Assembly: GCA_044226015.1 (NCBI GenBank)
Contig: JBGAHS010000004.1
Location: 608,001 to 672,000 of the forward strand
Length of the DNA: 64,000 nt
Source of the DNA: Candidatus Obscuribacteraceae bacterium
Lineage (GTDB): Bacteria > Cyanobacteriota > Vampirovibrionia > Obscuribacterales > Obscuribacteraceae
Reading direction: 5' to 3'
Below, in pieces: positions 32,257 to 41,322 of this stretch (positions within the stretch are counted from its first letter, which is position 1; each line of letters opens with the position of its first letter). Under the pieces are notes generated by a model. That model had not been told where the DNA came from. It was given only the letters and a program-made list of their open reading frames with translations, and did no database searches. Position numbers and translations under genes: made by a program.

Positions 32257-32462
32257 GATTTTCTCCGGAACTGAAGCGGTACCGGATAGGATTTTCTCCG
32301 GAACTGAAGCGGTACCGGATAAGATTTTCCCCGGAACTGAGGCGGTACCGGATAATATTTTCTCCGGAACTGAAGTGGTACCGGATAATATTTTCTCCGG
32401 AACTGAAGTGGTACCGGATAGGATTTTCCTCCGGAACTGAAGCGGTACCGGATAGGATTTTC
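32257..32462. repeat. 33-bp tandem array (6 units) with GGAACTGAAGCGGTACCGG
   Basis: GGTACC at 32278, 32311, 32344, 32377, 32410 and 32444. Confidence 0.97.
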
Positions 32463-32580
32463 CAAACTCCGGTTTTCGTTTAATTTAGATTTGTGTACGC
32501 CGACATTAGATCTCGAAAATTGGCAGAACCTTTCCGCCTGATTTGCGTATGAGTCTATTAGTGCTGCGAGGTCAATTATT

Positions 32581-34026
32581 ATGCTGCGATTTAAGCTGAT
32601 TATTCTGACTGGAATTTCTGTCACACTGCTTTCCGGCTTAGGGGCTGAAGCTCGGGGTGGGCATGGTGGAGGTGCTCGTTCCAGCGGGGCGCGTGCTGCT
32701 TCGGTTTCAAGAGCGACTAAGAATGCAGGTATGGCCGATGCTTATGGTTCTGGTTCAGCGTCCAACCAGAATCTTCCTGGGAGCCGGTTGGGTCGAGCCG
32801 CGGATTTAATGGGGGCTGGAGATTTTTCAAGAAAAAGAAATGAGCGCGACAGTGCGTTGACTAATCTTCGGACGCAGTTGAGTGAACGCGGTGGGAACGA
32901 AAAGTTCAACCGACTGCGAGAAATGTCAGAACATACTCCAGGTAAATTCTCCAAAAGAGCTGAGGAGCGACAAAACCGATTGAACAGGCTACAACACACG
33001 GATACTGCAGCAAATCGCACAGCAAGTTTACTCTTAAAGAATCGTGTGCCATCTAATGCTCCGACAATAGGGAATGCAAACGGTACCTGGCGGCTAAGCA
33101 AACTCGGTTCAAACCAGCGAAGAAATTGGTCGCAATGGGGCGACAAGAGTGGCACCACCAAAAATGGTGGCTCATATGATGTGAATCGTGACTACAGTTA
33201 CAGCAAAGAGAGTGGGCTGACCAAAACTGTTGAAACGACAGGAAGCACAGCAAATGGTGGCAGCTATGACAAGACAAAGTCAGTGACAGCTGGAAACGGG
33301 CAGGGCTACAGTAAGTCGACGGATCTTACAGGAAGTAAAGCAAATGGTGGCAGCTATGACAAGACAAAGTCAGTGACAGCTGGAAACGGGCAGGGCTACA
33401 GTAAGTCGACGGATCTCACAGGAAGCACAGCAAATGGTGGCAGCTATGACAAGACAAAGTCAGTGACAGCTGGAAACGGGCAGGGCTACAGTAAGTCGAC
33501 GGATCTCACAGGAAGCACAGCAAATGGTGGCAGCTATGACAAGACAAAGTCAGTGACAGCTGGAAACGGGCAGGGCTACAGTAAGTCGACGGATCTCACA
33601 GGAAGCACAGCAAATGGTGGCAGCTATGACAAGACAAAGTCAGTGACAGCTGGAAACGGGCAGGGCTACAGTAAGTCGACGGATCTCACAGGAAGCACAG
33701 CAAATGGTGGCAGCTATGACAAGACAAAGTCAGTGACAGCTGGAAATGGGCAGGGCTACAGTAAGTCGACGGATCTCACAGGAAGCCCAGCAAATGGTGG
33801 CAGCTATGACAAGACAAAGTCAGTGACAGCTGGAAATGGGCAGGGCTACAGTAAGTCGACGGATCTCACAGGAAGCCCAGCAAACGGCGGCAGCTATGAT
33901 AAGACAAAGTCAGTTACAGGCGGAAACGGGCAGGGTTACGTTAAGACAACGGGACGTTCCTATAACAAGGGGAGTAGCGAAAACAACCTTAACGACAAGC
34001 CTGACTCTGCGACTGGCGTGAAGTGA
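32581..34026 (+). CDS. Secreted Gly/Ser/Thr-rich protein with 30-aa tandem repeats
   Basis: Signal peptide [24 protein letters not shown]; about 8 copies of [30 protein letters not shown]. Confidence 0.8.
   Translation: MLRFKLIILTGISVTLLSGLGAEARGGHGGGARSSGARAASVSRATKNAGMADAYGSGSASNQNLPGSRLGRAADLMGAGDFSRKRNERDSALTNLRTQLSERGGNEKFNRLREMSEHTPGKFSKRAEERQNRLNRLQHTDTAANRTASLLLKNRVPSNAPTIGNANGTWRLSKLGSNQRRNWSQWGDKSGTTKNGGSYDVNRDYSYSKESGLTKTVETTGSTANGGSYDKTKSVTAGNGQGYSKSTDLTGSKANGGSYDKTKSVTAGNGQGYSKSTDLTGSTANGGSYDKTKSVTAGNGQGYSKSTDLTGSTANGGSYDKTKSVTAGNGQGYSKSTDLTGSTANGGSYDKTKSVTAGNGQGYSKSTDLTGSTANGGSYDKTKSVTAGNGQGYSKSTDLTGSPANGGSYDKTKSVTAGNGQGYSKSTDLTGSPANGGSYDKTKSVTGGNGQGYVKTTGRSYNKGSSENNLNDKPDSATGVK
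33241..33945 (+). repeat. 90-bp coding tandem repeat (~8 units)
   Basis: Units start at 33241, 33331, ... 33871 with near-identical DNA. Confidence 0.97.
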
Positions 34027-34147
34027 GCTGCGCGCTGTAATGTTGAATGCCCCGCTGCTGGTGCCTCAGCTTTGGTCCAACGCCCGAAAACAAACCGAAA
34101 CTTCCGAACCCGGTATCGATCCAGATTCGATCATCCAATCGGATCTC

Positions 34148-34372
34148 GAACCGGATCCAGAACCGGATCCAGAACCGGATCCAGAACCGGATCCAGAACC
34201 GGATCCAGAACCGGATCCAGAACCGGATCCCGAACCGGATCCAGAACCGGATCCAGAACCGGATCCCGAACCGGATCCAGAACCGGATCCAGAACCGGAT
34301 CCAGAACCGGATCCAGAACCGGATCCCGAACCGAATCCTGAACCGAATCCTGAACCGAACCCGGATCCCGAA
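34148..34372. repeat. 12-bp minisatellite (GAACCGGATCCA)n, ~18 copies
   Basis: Directly visible; degenerates at both ends. Confidence 0.95.
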
Positions 34373-34563
34373 ACCAGACTTCCGCACCCGGATTCCTAAC
34401 CCAGGGTTCCGCACCCGGGTGCTAAATTTCAGAATTAATCTCTCGGGAGTCTGTCTTCTGCCGGTCCAGGCTTTTTTGGAGTTTTTCCTACGTATTTTCC
34501 TCAATTGCCTCAGGCAGCACAAAGCACTAATCTGTATCCAATTACATCGCGTTCGGGGGAACG

Positions 34564-36561
34564 ATGAGCCATAGCGGACCACCCGCAGAGAATGAGAAAT
34601 CAAACACCGCCATAGTGCACAAGGTGTTCAAGTCGAGCGCGGCTTTTGTCGCTGCCATTGGTTCCAAAATAAAATCTCTGAGAGGAAATGAATCTCTGGG
34701 AAATGAGAACCTCAATGAGCAGCGTCGGGCATCAAAAGCTCTGGATTCGCTGAAGATTCAATTGAGAATTTTGTCCGACGAGAGGGATTTTGCCGCTGTT
34801 CGGCAGATTGCCGAGAGCACTGGCGATGCTGAAATTGCATCGATTGCAATTTCATATCTTTCTGAAATAGAACATGCCGAGACAATCAATCAGCTTGGGC
34901 ACATCGCTCGCAGTCATTCACGGGCATGCATTCCAGCTTTGATAAGTCTCTTCAACAAAGGCGAGCCGGAAATAGCCGAAGCTATTTTATTGCAGCGATT
35001 ACAAAATGGTGATTACTTCAAATTGCTCAACGATGGAATGGCACGCCCCATGCTGCTTATGGATGTTCTAGGGGCTGTAGATGATTATAGGAAATCGAGT
35101 CTATGTTTGCAGTATTTTCCAAGTGTATGGAAATGCCTCGATGCTCGACCGGAGGAACAGGAAGGTTTACTCGCGGAGATTTTAGGGGATCCCAACCCTG
35201 CTGGAATGCGTTATTCTCCAGAGTCAAACATGATTCGACAGGATGTGAAAATTCAAGCGATGCAACTCTTGCATGCCCTCGAACCTGTCAGTTATGAACG
35301 CAGTCTCTGGTATGCCACCAGAGATGAGGACGATGTTGTAGCGTACACCGCAACAATGGCTTTGATAGACCACTGGCAACATGAAGGTTCGGTTCCTGCC
35401 CATTTGGAACCCTTTCCAATGCTGAATTTGAATCTATTGTTCTATCTGAGCAAGTTGGCATCAACTTTCCAGTGGAAAGGTCCTGCCGGCGTAATGGAAC
35501 AGTTTAAGGAATTCGAGAAAGAGGCAGAGGAGTTTGCTGGGAAGGATCCGAGTGCGGATCTAGTTGCCTACCAGACAGAGCTTAAGCGTCTCGAGAATAA
35601 GCGTGCCGATATTAAGAAGATCACTGATCAAAGATTGAATGCTCTTCAACCAATTGTTGATGGAGTGACAAAGTCACTGGCTTTGCCACATGCAAAAATA
35701 CGCTCTACTGATGTGCCTGGAGTTGCCGCATCCTACATCATCGGAGCGGGGACTGTGGAGTTCAGCACTATTTGCTTGCTTGATGATAAGCCGCTTACAG
35801 AGGAGTTCATGTCATCAATGTTGCATGAACTCGGTCATATGGAGCAAGATGTGCTCATTATTCGCATGATTGCTGATGAGATCGGGCTGTTGTTTGGTCA
35901 GCACGGAAGCAAACTGAAGATTTTGTTTGAGAAATATTCAGATGCGATAGGTTACGCGCCTGACAGCATCTTTCTTTTAGAGGTGCTTCGCTTGCGGCGT
36001 GATGTGCCGCTTACTCCAGCTGAGTTGAGTCGGGCTCAGAGATTGATTGATTCGGCAAGGCAGAATGCAATGCAGTCGCAAAACGGAAAGCGCGTGCAAG
36101 AGCGGATGGACAGAATCGAAGAGTCTATATTCGCAATGGAAGGTGGTGAATATGATCTCGAATTACTTGCCTGTCTCCAGGATGAAAACAGTTTCCGCCC
36201 ATTGTTTGAAAGTGGCTTCGTGCCTGCTGTTCTGTTAGAGGAAATTCGCCTGTGTCGTTCGCTGATAGAGGATTATGTTGATCGCGTAGGCAATCTATCG
36301 GGCGTTAAAGCAAAAGACAAGTTTGCTTATGCGCAGCAGCTCTATCCGCAGATAGAGAACAATGAGGATCCTCTGAAATTGACCCTTCGTCGCTTCATCG
36401 TTGTTGTTGTGTCTATGCTAAGTGAGGAGTATCGGCATTTGGAACGCCGGCGGTCGGAGATAAGGCGAGCTGGCTATCATGAGGCGGAGGCTTACACCAT
36501 TTCTGACCGAGTCGAAGTTATAGTCAAAGCTCTGCGAAAAAACTGGTATGAGTTCGTGTAA
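34564..36561 (+). CDS. Hypothetical helical protein with a zincin-like HExxH motif
   Basis: HEAT-like N-terminal half; MSSMLHELGHMEQD preceded by AASY..GTVEF; distal YHEAEAY could supply a third zinc ligand. Confidence 0.75.
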   Translation: MSHSGPPAENEKSNTAIVHKVFKSSAAFVAAIGSKIKSLRGNESLGNENLNEQRRASKALDSLKIQLRILSDERDFAAVRQIAESTGDAEIASIAISYLSEIEHAETINQLGHIARSHSRACIPALISLFNKGEPEIAEAILLQRLQNGDYFKLLNDGMARPMLLMDVLGAVDDYRKSSLCLQYFPSVWKCLDARPEEQEGLLAEILGDPNPAGMRYSPESNMIRQDVKIQAMQLLHALEPVSYERSLWYATRDEDDVVAYTATMALIDHWQHEGSVPAHLEPFPMLNLNLLFYLSKLASTFQWKGPAGVMEQFKEFEKEAEEFAGKDPSADLVAYQTELKRLENKRADIKKITDQRLNALQPIVDGVTKSLALPHAKIRSTDVPGVAASYIIGAGTVEFSTICLLDDKPLTEEFMSSMLHELGHMEQDVLIIRMIADEIGLLFGQHGSKLKILFEKYSDAIGYAPDSIFLLEVLRLRRDVPLTPAELSRAQRLIDSARQNAMQSQNGKRVQERMDRIEESIFAMEGGEYDLELLACLQDENSFRPLFESGFVPAVLLEEIRLCRSLIEDYVDRVGNLSGVKAKDKFAYAQQLYPQIENNEDPLKLTLRRFIVVVVSMLSEEYRHLERRRSEIRRAGYHEAEAYTISDRVEVIVKALRKNWYEFV

Positions 36562-36606
36562 TTAAAGAACACTTCCCTGTGCCGTTTAGATTTTCGCGAA
36601 AACGCA

Positions 36607-36670
36607 GAGTTTCGGGGAAAATCTGCGCGGCAGAAAAACATGAGAACTTAGCCGGTACCGCTTCAGTTTT
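36607..36670. repeat. Solo degenerate copy of the 66-bp unit with the palindromic motif
   Basis: GAGTTTCGGGGAAAATCTGCGCG-GCAGAAAAACATGAGAACTTAGCCGGTACCGCTTCAGTT matches the 25563-26350 unit with a ~9-bp deletion. Confidence 0.9.
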
Positions 36671-36858
36671 AGGAAAGTGCTGCCCGGGTCTTTGAAGGAG
36701 CCGGGGGATTGTGTCAAACCTTGCTCGGTTCTTATTACAAATTCATTTTAATCTTGCTGCGGTTATTCCCACCCTGAGGGGGAGATACCGTGGGGACTGT
36801 AGCGTGGGGCCGTTGTAAATTGTTGGTGGTTTAAGGCACTGGGCAATCGGGTTTACAA

Positions 36859-38457
36859 ATGGATTATGCAAAAGGGCGGGAGAAACCCGCGAATCACAAG
36901 CCAGAGAATAGTTCGGACGCATCTAGTGATCGCCGGGCAGACTGGTGCAAAGAAGCGTATGGCGGACAGGCATTCCGTAGTCTGGAAAAGGAGCTAGGCA
37001 ATCCAGGCTATTTCTGCCACCAAAAGTCGCAACATAATGGCGAGCGATCTGTTCCAGCTCCCTATTATCCTCATCACGAGAACAACAAGCATCACAATGC
37101 GCCACATGCTGGAACCATACCTCCCGTTGTACGTGAGAACCAACGCTCTAACTCTCATCATCAAGGGCGCGAAAATTGTCTACCCTGTGAGGCTCCTGGC
37201 CGGGCGCAATATTCGGCACGTGAGCCGTATCAGTACTATCAAAATTCTCGCGATCAGTCCTACCGCGTAGCTCCGCCGTCGCAGCTTGATGCGTATGGAC
37301 CTCAGGGATATGATTCTCAATTCTCATCAAATGAATACGGACCGCAAAGTTATGATCAGCGCTATGTGCGACGTGATTACGGACCGCAAAACTATGCTCC
37401 ATCAAGCAATTCGTGCAATGACGTTTGCAACAATCCAGAGCGCTATAACTACCCGGGAATGGACTACGATCAGTCGCGTCAATATGAGGCGCAGCAGTTT
37501 GACGCGGTGCGTGAACAGGCTCGTCAGCAGCGTTATTCCAGACAACAATCGATGATCAACGGCGATATCTTCTTCAACTCCTCACGAACGGTAGCTTATC
37601 GAAACCAAGGCAATGGTTATCAGCAACAATGGTGGCAAGATACGCAGATGCCATTCGAGCCGGGACGCAGGAATATGCCGAGTGGAAATCCTGAGCTGGA
37701 TTCGTACCGTGAGCAATGGTGGAATCAGGCCAATAATCCGGACGGATCGCGTTATTATCCGGGACGAAATCCTGAACTCGATAATCAACGTCGGCAGTGG
37801 TGGGAGCAATCACAGTATCCGGGTGATTCCCGCTATCAGCCAGGTCGAAATCCGGAACTTAACAACTTTCGTGAACAGTGGTGGAGAAATGCTCAAACTC
37901 GTCCTGATGGGTATTACGGTCCTCAGGCGCCGCCATATCCCGGCTCGATTGATCAGGGGTATCCTCCCGATGGCTATGAAAACGTCCCTCCAGACCAATA
38001 TGATCCGCGCCGTGATCAATACGATCCGCGTGGCGACCGGTACGATAATAGGGATGCTGTTCAATTCCAGAATATGGGACGTGCAATCAAGTCAGTATTA
38101 GGGCACTCAGTCGAGGAATTCGATAGGACTGTACCCGCTCGTCTCGGTTGTGTCAGAGCCGTGAGCCTCGTACTAGAGAGAACTTATGGAATGCCAATTC
38201 GCGATCAGAATACTGATCGAATACAAGAGACTTTGCTTTCAAATGGATGGGTTTCAATTGATCCATCACGGGTTCAAGAAGGCGATGTTATCATTGGTGA
38301 TCGCGGCGAAGGAAAGCATGGACATGCCGCAATTTATGTAGGCAATGACCAAATATTCAATAACGATAGCAACACTGGTGTTATGCAATTCGATAGTGCA
38401 AATAAATTCCGTACTGGTGAATTCGTTAAGATAAAAGCCTATAGAAAAGTTCGCTAG
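36859..38457 (+). CDS. Low-complexity Q/Y/R/P-rich protein with C-terminal NlpC/P60-like (papain-fold) domain
   Basis: LGCVRAVSLVL (catalytic Cys), QEGDVIIG, HGHAAIYVGNDQIFNN (His); three copies of PGRNPELDxxRxQWW. Confidence 0.8.
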   Translation: MDYAKGREKPANHKPENSSDASSDRRADWCKEAYGGQAFRSLEKELGNPGYFCHQKSQHNGERSVPAPYYPHHENNKHHNAPHAGTIPPVVRENQRSNSHHQGRENCLPCEAPGRAQYSAREPYQYYQNSRDQSYRVAPPSQLDAYGPQGYDSQFSSNEYGPQSYDQRYVRRDYGPQNYAPSSNSCNDVCNNPERYNYPGMDYDQSRQYEAQQFDAVREQARQQRYSRQQSMINGDIFFNSSRTVAYRNQGNGYQQQWWQDTQMPFEPGRRNMPSGNPELDSYREQWWNQANNPDGSRYYPGRNPELDNQRRQWWEQSQYPGDSRYQPGRNPELNNFREQWWRNAQTRPDGYYGPQAPPYPGSIDQGYPPDGYENVPPDQYDPRRDQYDPRGDRYDNRDAVQFQNMGRAIKSVLGHSVEEFDRTVPARLGCVRAVSLVLERTYGMPIRDQNTDRIQETLLSNGWVSIDPSRVQEGDVIIGDRGEGKHGHAAIYVGNDQIFNNDSNTGVMQFDSANKFRTGEFVKIKAYRKVR

Positions 38458-38615
38458 CCTATTTTTATTCTGTGGCTAGAGGCGCGAGCAAACCTACAGC
38501 CGTTAGCAAGCTTCGTGAGATCTACCTCTTTTGTGGGTCTTGCGGATCGTTCGTCAGATTGTTAGTTCACGATGAAGTGGAATACTAGAGTTTCTGCTAA
38601 AATCCTCCGGTCGTT

Positions 38616-39707
38616 TTGAATCTACTTGTCATGAAACTGAGTCGCCGTAAATTTCTGGAATTTTCCTTTGCTACCGCATGTGGTGCATTGAGTTCGTCTT
38701 GTGCAGATGCGGAAAAAAAACTCTCGAGTAGTACTAAGCAATTAAACATTTACAGTTGGCCAGATTATATTCACAAAGATGCAATTCCCGAGTTTGAGAA
38801 ACGTTATGGCATCAAGGTTGTATATGATGTCGTTTCTTCGAATGAGGGGCTCATGGCAAAATTTCAGGCCGGAGCTTCGAACTATGACATCATTGTTCCT
38901 TCAAATTATGTCGTCAACAAATTGAAGGAGCAGAAACTTCTGCGACCCATTGAAAAAGATCGACTCCGCAATTTCGGAAACTTGATGCCTCGATTTGCTA
39001 ATACCGCTTTTGATCCGGGATGCCAGGTGTCTGTTCCATACACATTTGGTACAACTGGTATTGCGTATAACACCAAGGCACCATGTTATTCAGATGGCAA
39101 ATATCCGGATGATCTCGATGCCTTCTGGGATGCACGAATGAAAGGACGCATCACGCTTTTGGAAGATGTTCGAGAAACACTCGGCATGGCTTTGATTAGA
39201 AGGGGATTCTCCCTTAACTCTACAGATGAGAAAGAACTGCGAACCGCTTACGATGACCTCAAAGAGCAAAAGAAGCTGATCATGTGTTACACATCCGATC
39301 AGGTTATTGTTAGTTTGGCTAGCGGTGATAGTTGGCTATCTTTAGCTTACAGCGGTGATGCGCAGCAGGCAATACGACAAAATTCTGACTTGCGTTATGT
39401 GATACCTAAGACCGGTGCCTCGATGTGGATGGACACCCTATGTATTCCAAAAAATGCTCCGCATCCTGAGTATGCCCATCTCTGGATAGATTATATGCTG
39501 GAGCCAGAAGTCGCGGCCAAAATGTCAGAATTTACAGGTTATGCAACGCCTAATGCGGCAGCGAGCAAGTTGCTTCCGTCTGACGTGTTGGCGGACGAAG
39601 AAATTTATCCCCCAGAAAAAGTGTTGGAGCGTCTTCAAGACGTAAAAGATGTGGGATCTGCCATTTTTCTTTATGACCGTCTTTGGACAGAATTGAAGTG
39701 TGTATAG
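38616..39707 (+). CDS. potD: Spermidine/putrescine ABC transporter substrate-binding protein (PotD/PotF family)
   Basis: SRRKFL Tat-like signal with LSSSC; LNIYSWPDYI, YDIIVPSNY, PYTFGTTGIAYN, YSGDA, WMDTLCIPK, GYATPN. Start is likely the ATG at 38631. Confidence 0.9.
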   Translation: MNLLVMKLSRRKFLEFSFATACGALSSSCADAEKKLSSSTKQLNIYSWPDYIHKDAIPEFEKRYGIKVVYDVVSSNEGLMAKFQAGASNYDIIVPSNYVVNKLKEQKLLRPIEKDRLRNFGNLMPRFANTAFDPGCQVSVPYTFGTTGIAYNTKAPCYSDGKYPDDLDAFWDARMKGRITLLEDVRETLGMALIRRGFSLNSTDEKELRTAYDDLKEQKKLIMCYTSDQVIVSLASGDSWLSLAYSGDAQQAIRQNSDLRYVIPKTGASMWMDTLCIPKNAPHPEYAHLWIDYMLEPEVAAKMSEFTGYATPNAAASKLLPSDVLADEEIYPPEKVLERLQDVKDVGSAIFLYDRLWTELKCV

Positions 39708-39723
39708 AGCGAACGTTTCAGAA

Positions 39724-40276
39724 GAAGAACTAAAGCGGTACCGTTTCGGTGAAGAACTAAAGCGGTGCCGTTTGGGTGAAGAACCAAAGCGGTACCGTTT
39801 CGGTGAAGAACTAAAGAAGTGCCGTTTGGGTGAAGAACTAAAGCGGTACCGTTTCGGTGAAGAACTAAAGAGGTACCGTTTTGGCAGAAGAACTAAAGCG
39901 GTACCGTTTCGGTGAAGAACTAAAGAGGTACCGTTTTGGCAGAAGAACTAGAGCGGTACCGTTTCGGTGAAGAACTAAAGCGGTACCGTTTCGGTGAAGA
40001 ACTAAAGAGGTGCCGTTTCGGTGAAGAACTAAAGAGGTACCGTTTTGGCAGAAGAGCTAAAGCTGTACCGTTTTGGCAGAAGAACTAAAGCGGTACCGTT
40101 TCGGTGAAGAACTAAAGAGGTGCCGTTTCGGTGAAGAACTAAAGCGGTACCGTTTCGGTGAAGAACTAAAGCGGTACCGTTTGGGCGAAGAACTAAAGCG
40201 GTACCGTTTGGGCGAAGAACTAAAGAGGTAACGTTTCAGCTGAAGAACTAAAGCGGTACCGTTTGGGCGAAGAACT
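39724..40276. repeat. 27/28-bp tandem array (20 units) GAAGAACTAAAGCGGTACCGTTTCGGT
   Basis: 20 units counted by hand; variants AGGTACC, CGGTGCC and TTTTGGCA are interspersed. Confidence 0.97.
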
Positions 40277-40299
40277 TGTTGAGTCTTCCAAATATCTAA

Positions 40300-41268
40300 T
40301 TACTTTTTGGCATGGGGGCGGACCACAAGCACCGAGCACGGAGCGTGTGTTGCACTAGCCTTGCTTACGCTGCCCAGTACTAGATCCATAAATCCACCTC
40401 TTCCATGAGAGCCCATGATCAACAGATCTGCTGGCCAGTTTTTCGCCATTTCGATTATCTGATCTTTTGCGTAGCCCTCGAGAACTTCGCCGCTAACATC
40501 GGCGTCTGGAAACCTCTCTTTGATTTTTGCAGTTGCTTCCGCAACAACCTTTCTGGCAATTTCCTTTTCTGCATCGAGTGTCTTGTTGACCAGCTTCACA
40601 TATTCCTCAGAGCCAGTGCCCTCCCACGGACCCAGTCCGGAATAGGCTTGAAATAGCAATGGTTCAACCACGCTTACTATCTTAAAGAACGACTTTGGTG
40701 GAAATCTGCGGGAAAGGACGTTTGCCATTGTTGCCTCGGAGCAAGTTGAATCGTCCAGCGCAATCAGATATTTATCTTCCTCTACTGGCTGCTGCCTCTC
40801 AATCTCCGTGAGCATGGTAGAAAGGCTTGCTGCTCTGAGGATTTCCACAGAGCAATTAGCATGCGATAAAACGAAATCAGGAGTGCTACCAAACAACCCC
40901 ACTTCTTTCTGTCCATGCGCGCCGATAACAATTGTGTCGGCGTTGAACTTCTTCGCTTCTTCTACAATTTTCTGTTTTATCTTTCCTTCAACCACAGCTG
41001 AACTCACATGCTCAGCCCCAAATTTGCTTGTTAATCTGTCGGCGTATTTTGCCACCATGGTAGTTGTGCTGGCAAGGAGTTTCTGACGAGCTTCATCTGC
41101 GATTTTGCCTAAACCTAGAAAACCGATCGTGCTATTGATTTTGTCGTGCATCGGTTCCATAACGCTAATAACTTGGATGCTAGTTCCTTCTTCCCATGGG
41201 CGATAAAGCACCACCTCTAGTGCCGCATCGGCATTTGCGGATCCATCGGTCGCTAGAAGTATTCTCAT
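40300..41268 (-). CDS. Tandem-domain universal stress protein
   Basis: MRILLATDGS..ADTIVIGAHG..GSTPDFVLSHANCSVEI, and a second domain ADLLIMGSHGRGG..LGSVS..APCSVLVVR. Confidence 0.93.
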   Translation of the reverse strand: MRILLATDGSANADAALEVVLYRPWEEGTSIQVISVMEPMHDKINSTIGFLGLGKIADEARQKLLASTTTMVAKYADRLTSKFGAEHVSSAVVEGKIKQKIVEEAKKFNADTIVIGAHGQKEVGLFGSTPDFVLSHANCSVEILRAASLSTMLTEIERQQPVEEDKYLIALDDSTCSEATMANVLSRRFPPKSFFKIVSVVEPLLFQAYSGLGPWEGTGSEEYVKLVNKTLDAEKEIARKVVAEATAKIKERFPDADVSGEVLEGYAKDQIIEMAKNWPADLLIMGSHGRGGFMDLVLGSVSKASATHAPCSVLVVRPHAKK

Positions 41269-41322
41269 TTCGTCCTCCCTCGCAGGTCAATTTGTACCTA
41301 AAATAGATGCCTTGAAAAATAC

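Noticed and set aside
33989..34603. PDPE, NRIQ, RTGS and FWIR repeat ORFs
   Set aside because: A 12-bp stop-free satellite is open in many frames; there is no clear RBS or unique domain. A real PDPE peptide cannot be fully excluded.
39724..40276. CRISPR array interpretation of the 27/28, 28, 33 and 66-bp arrays
   Set aside because: Units are contiguous and near-identical with no unique spacers, and there are no cas genes in the window.
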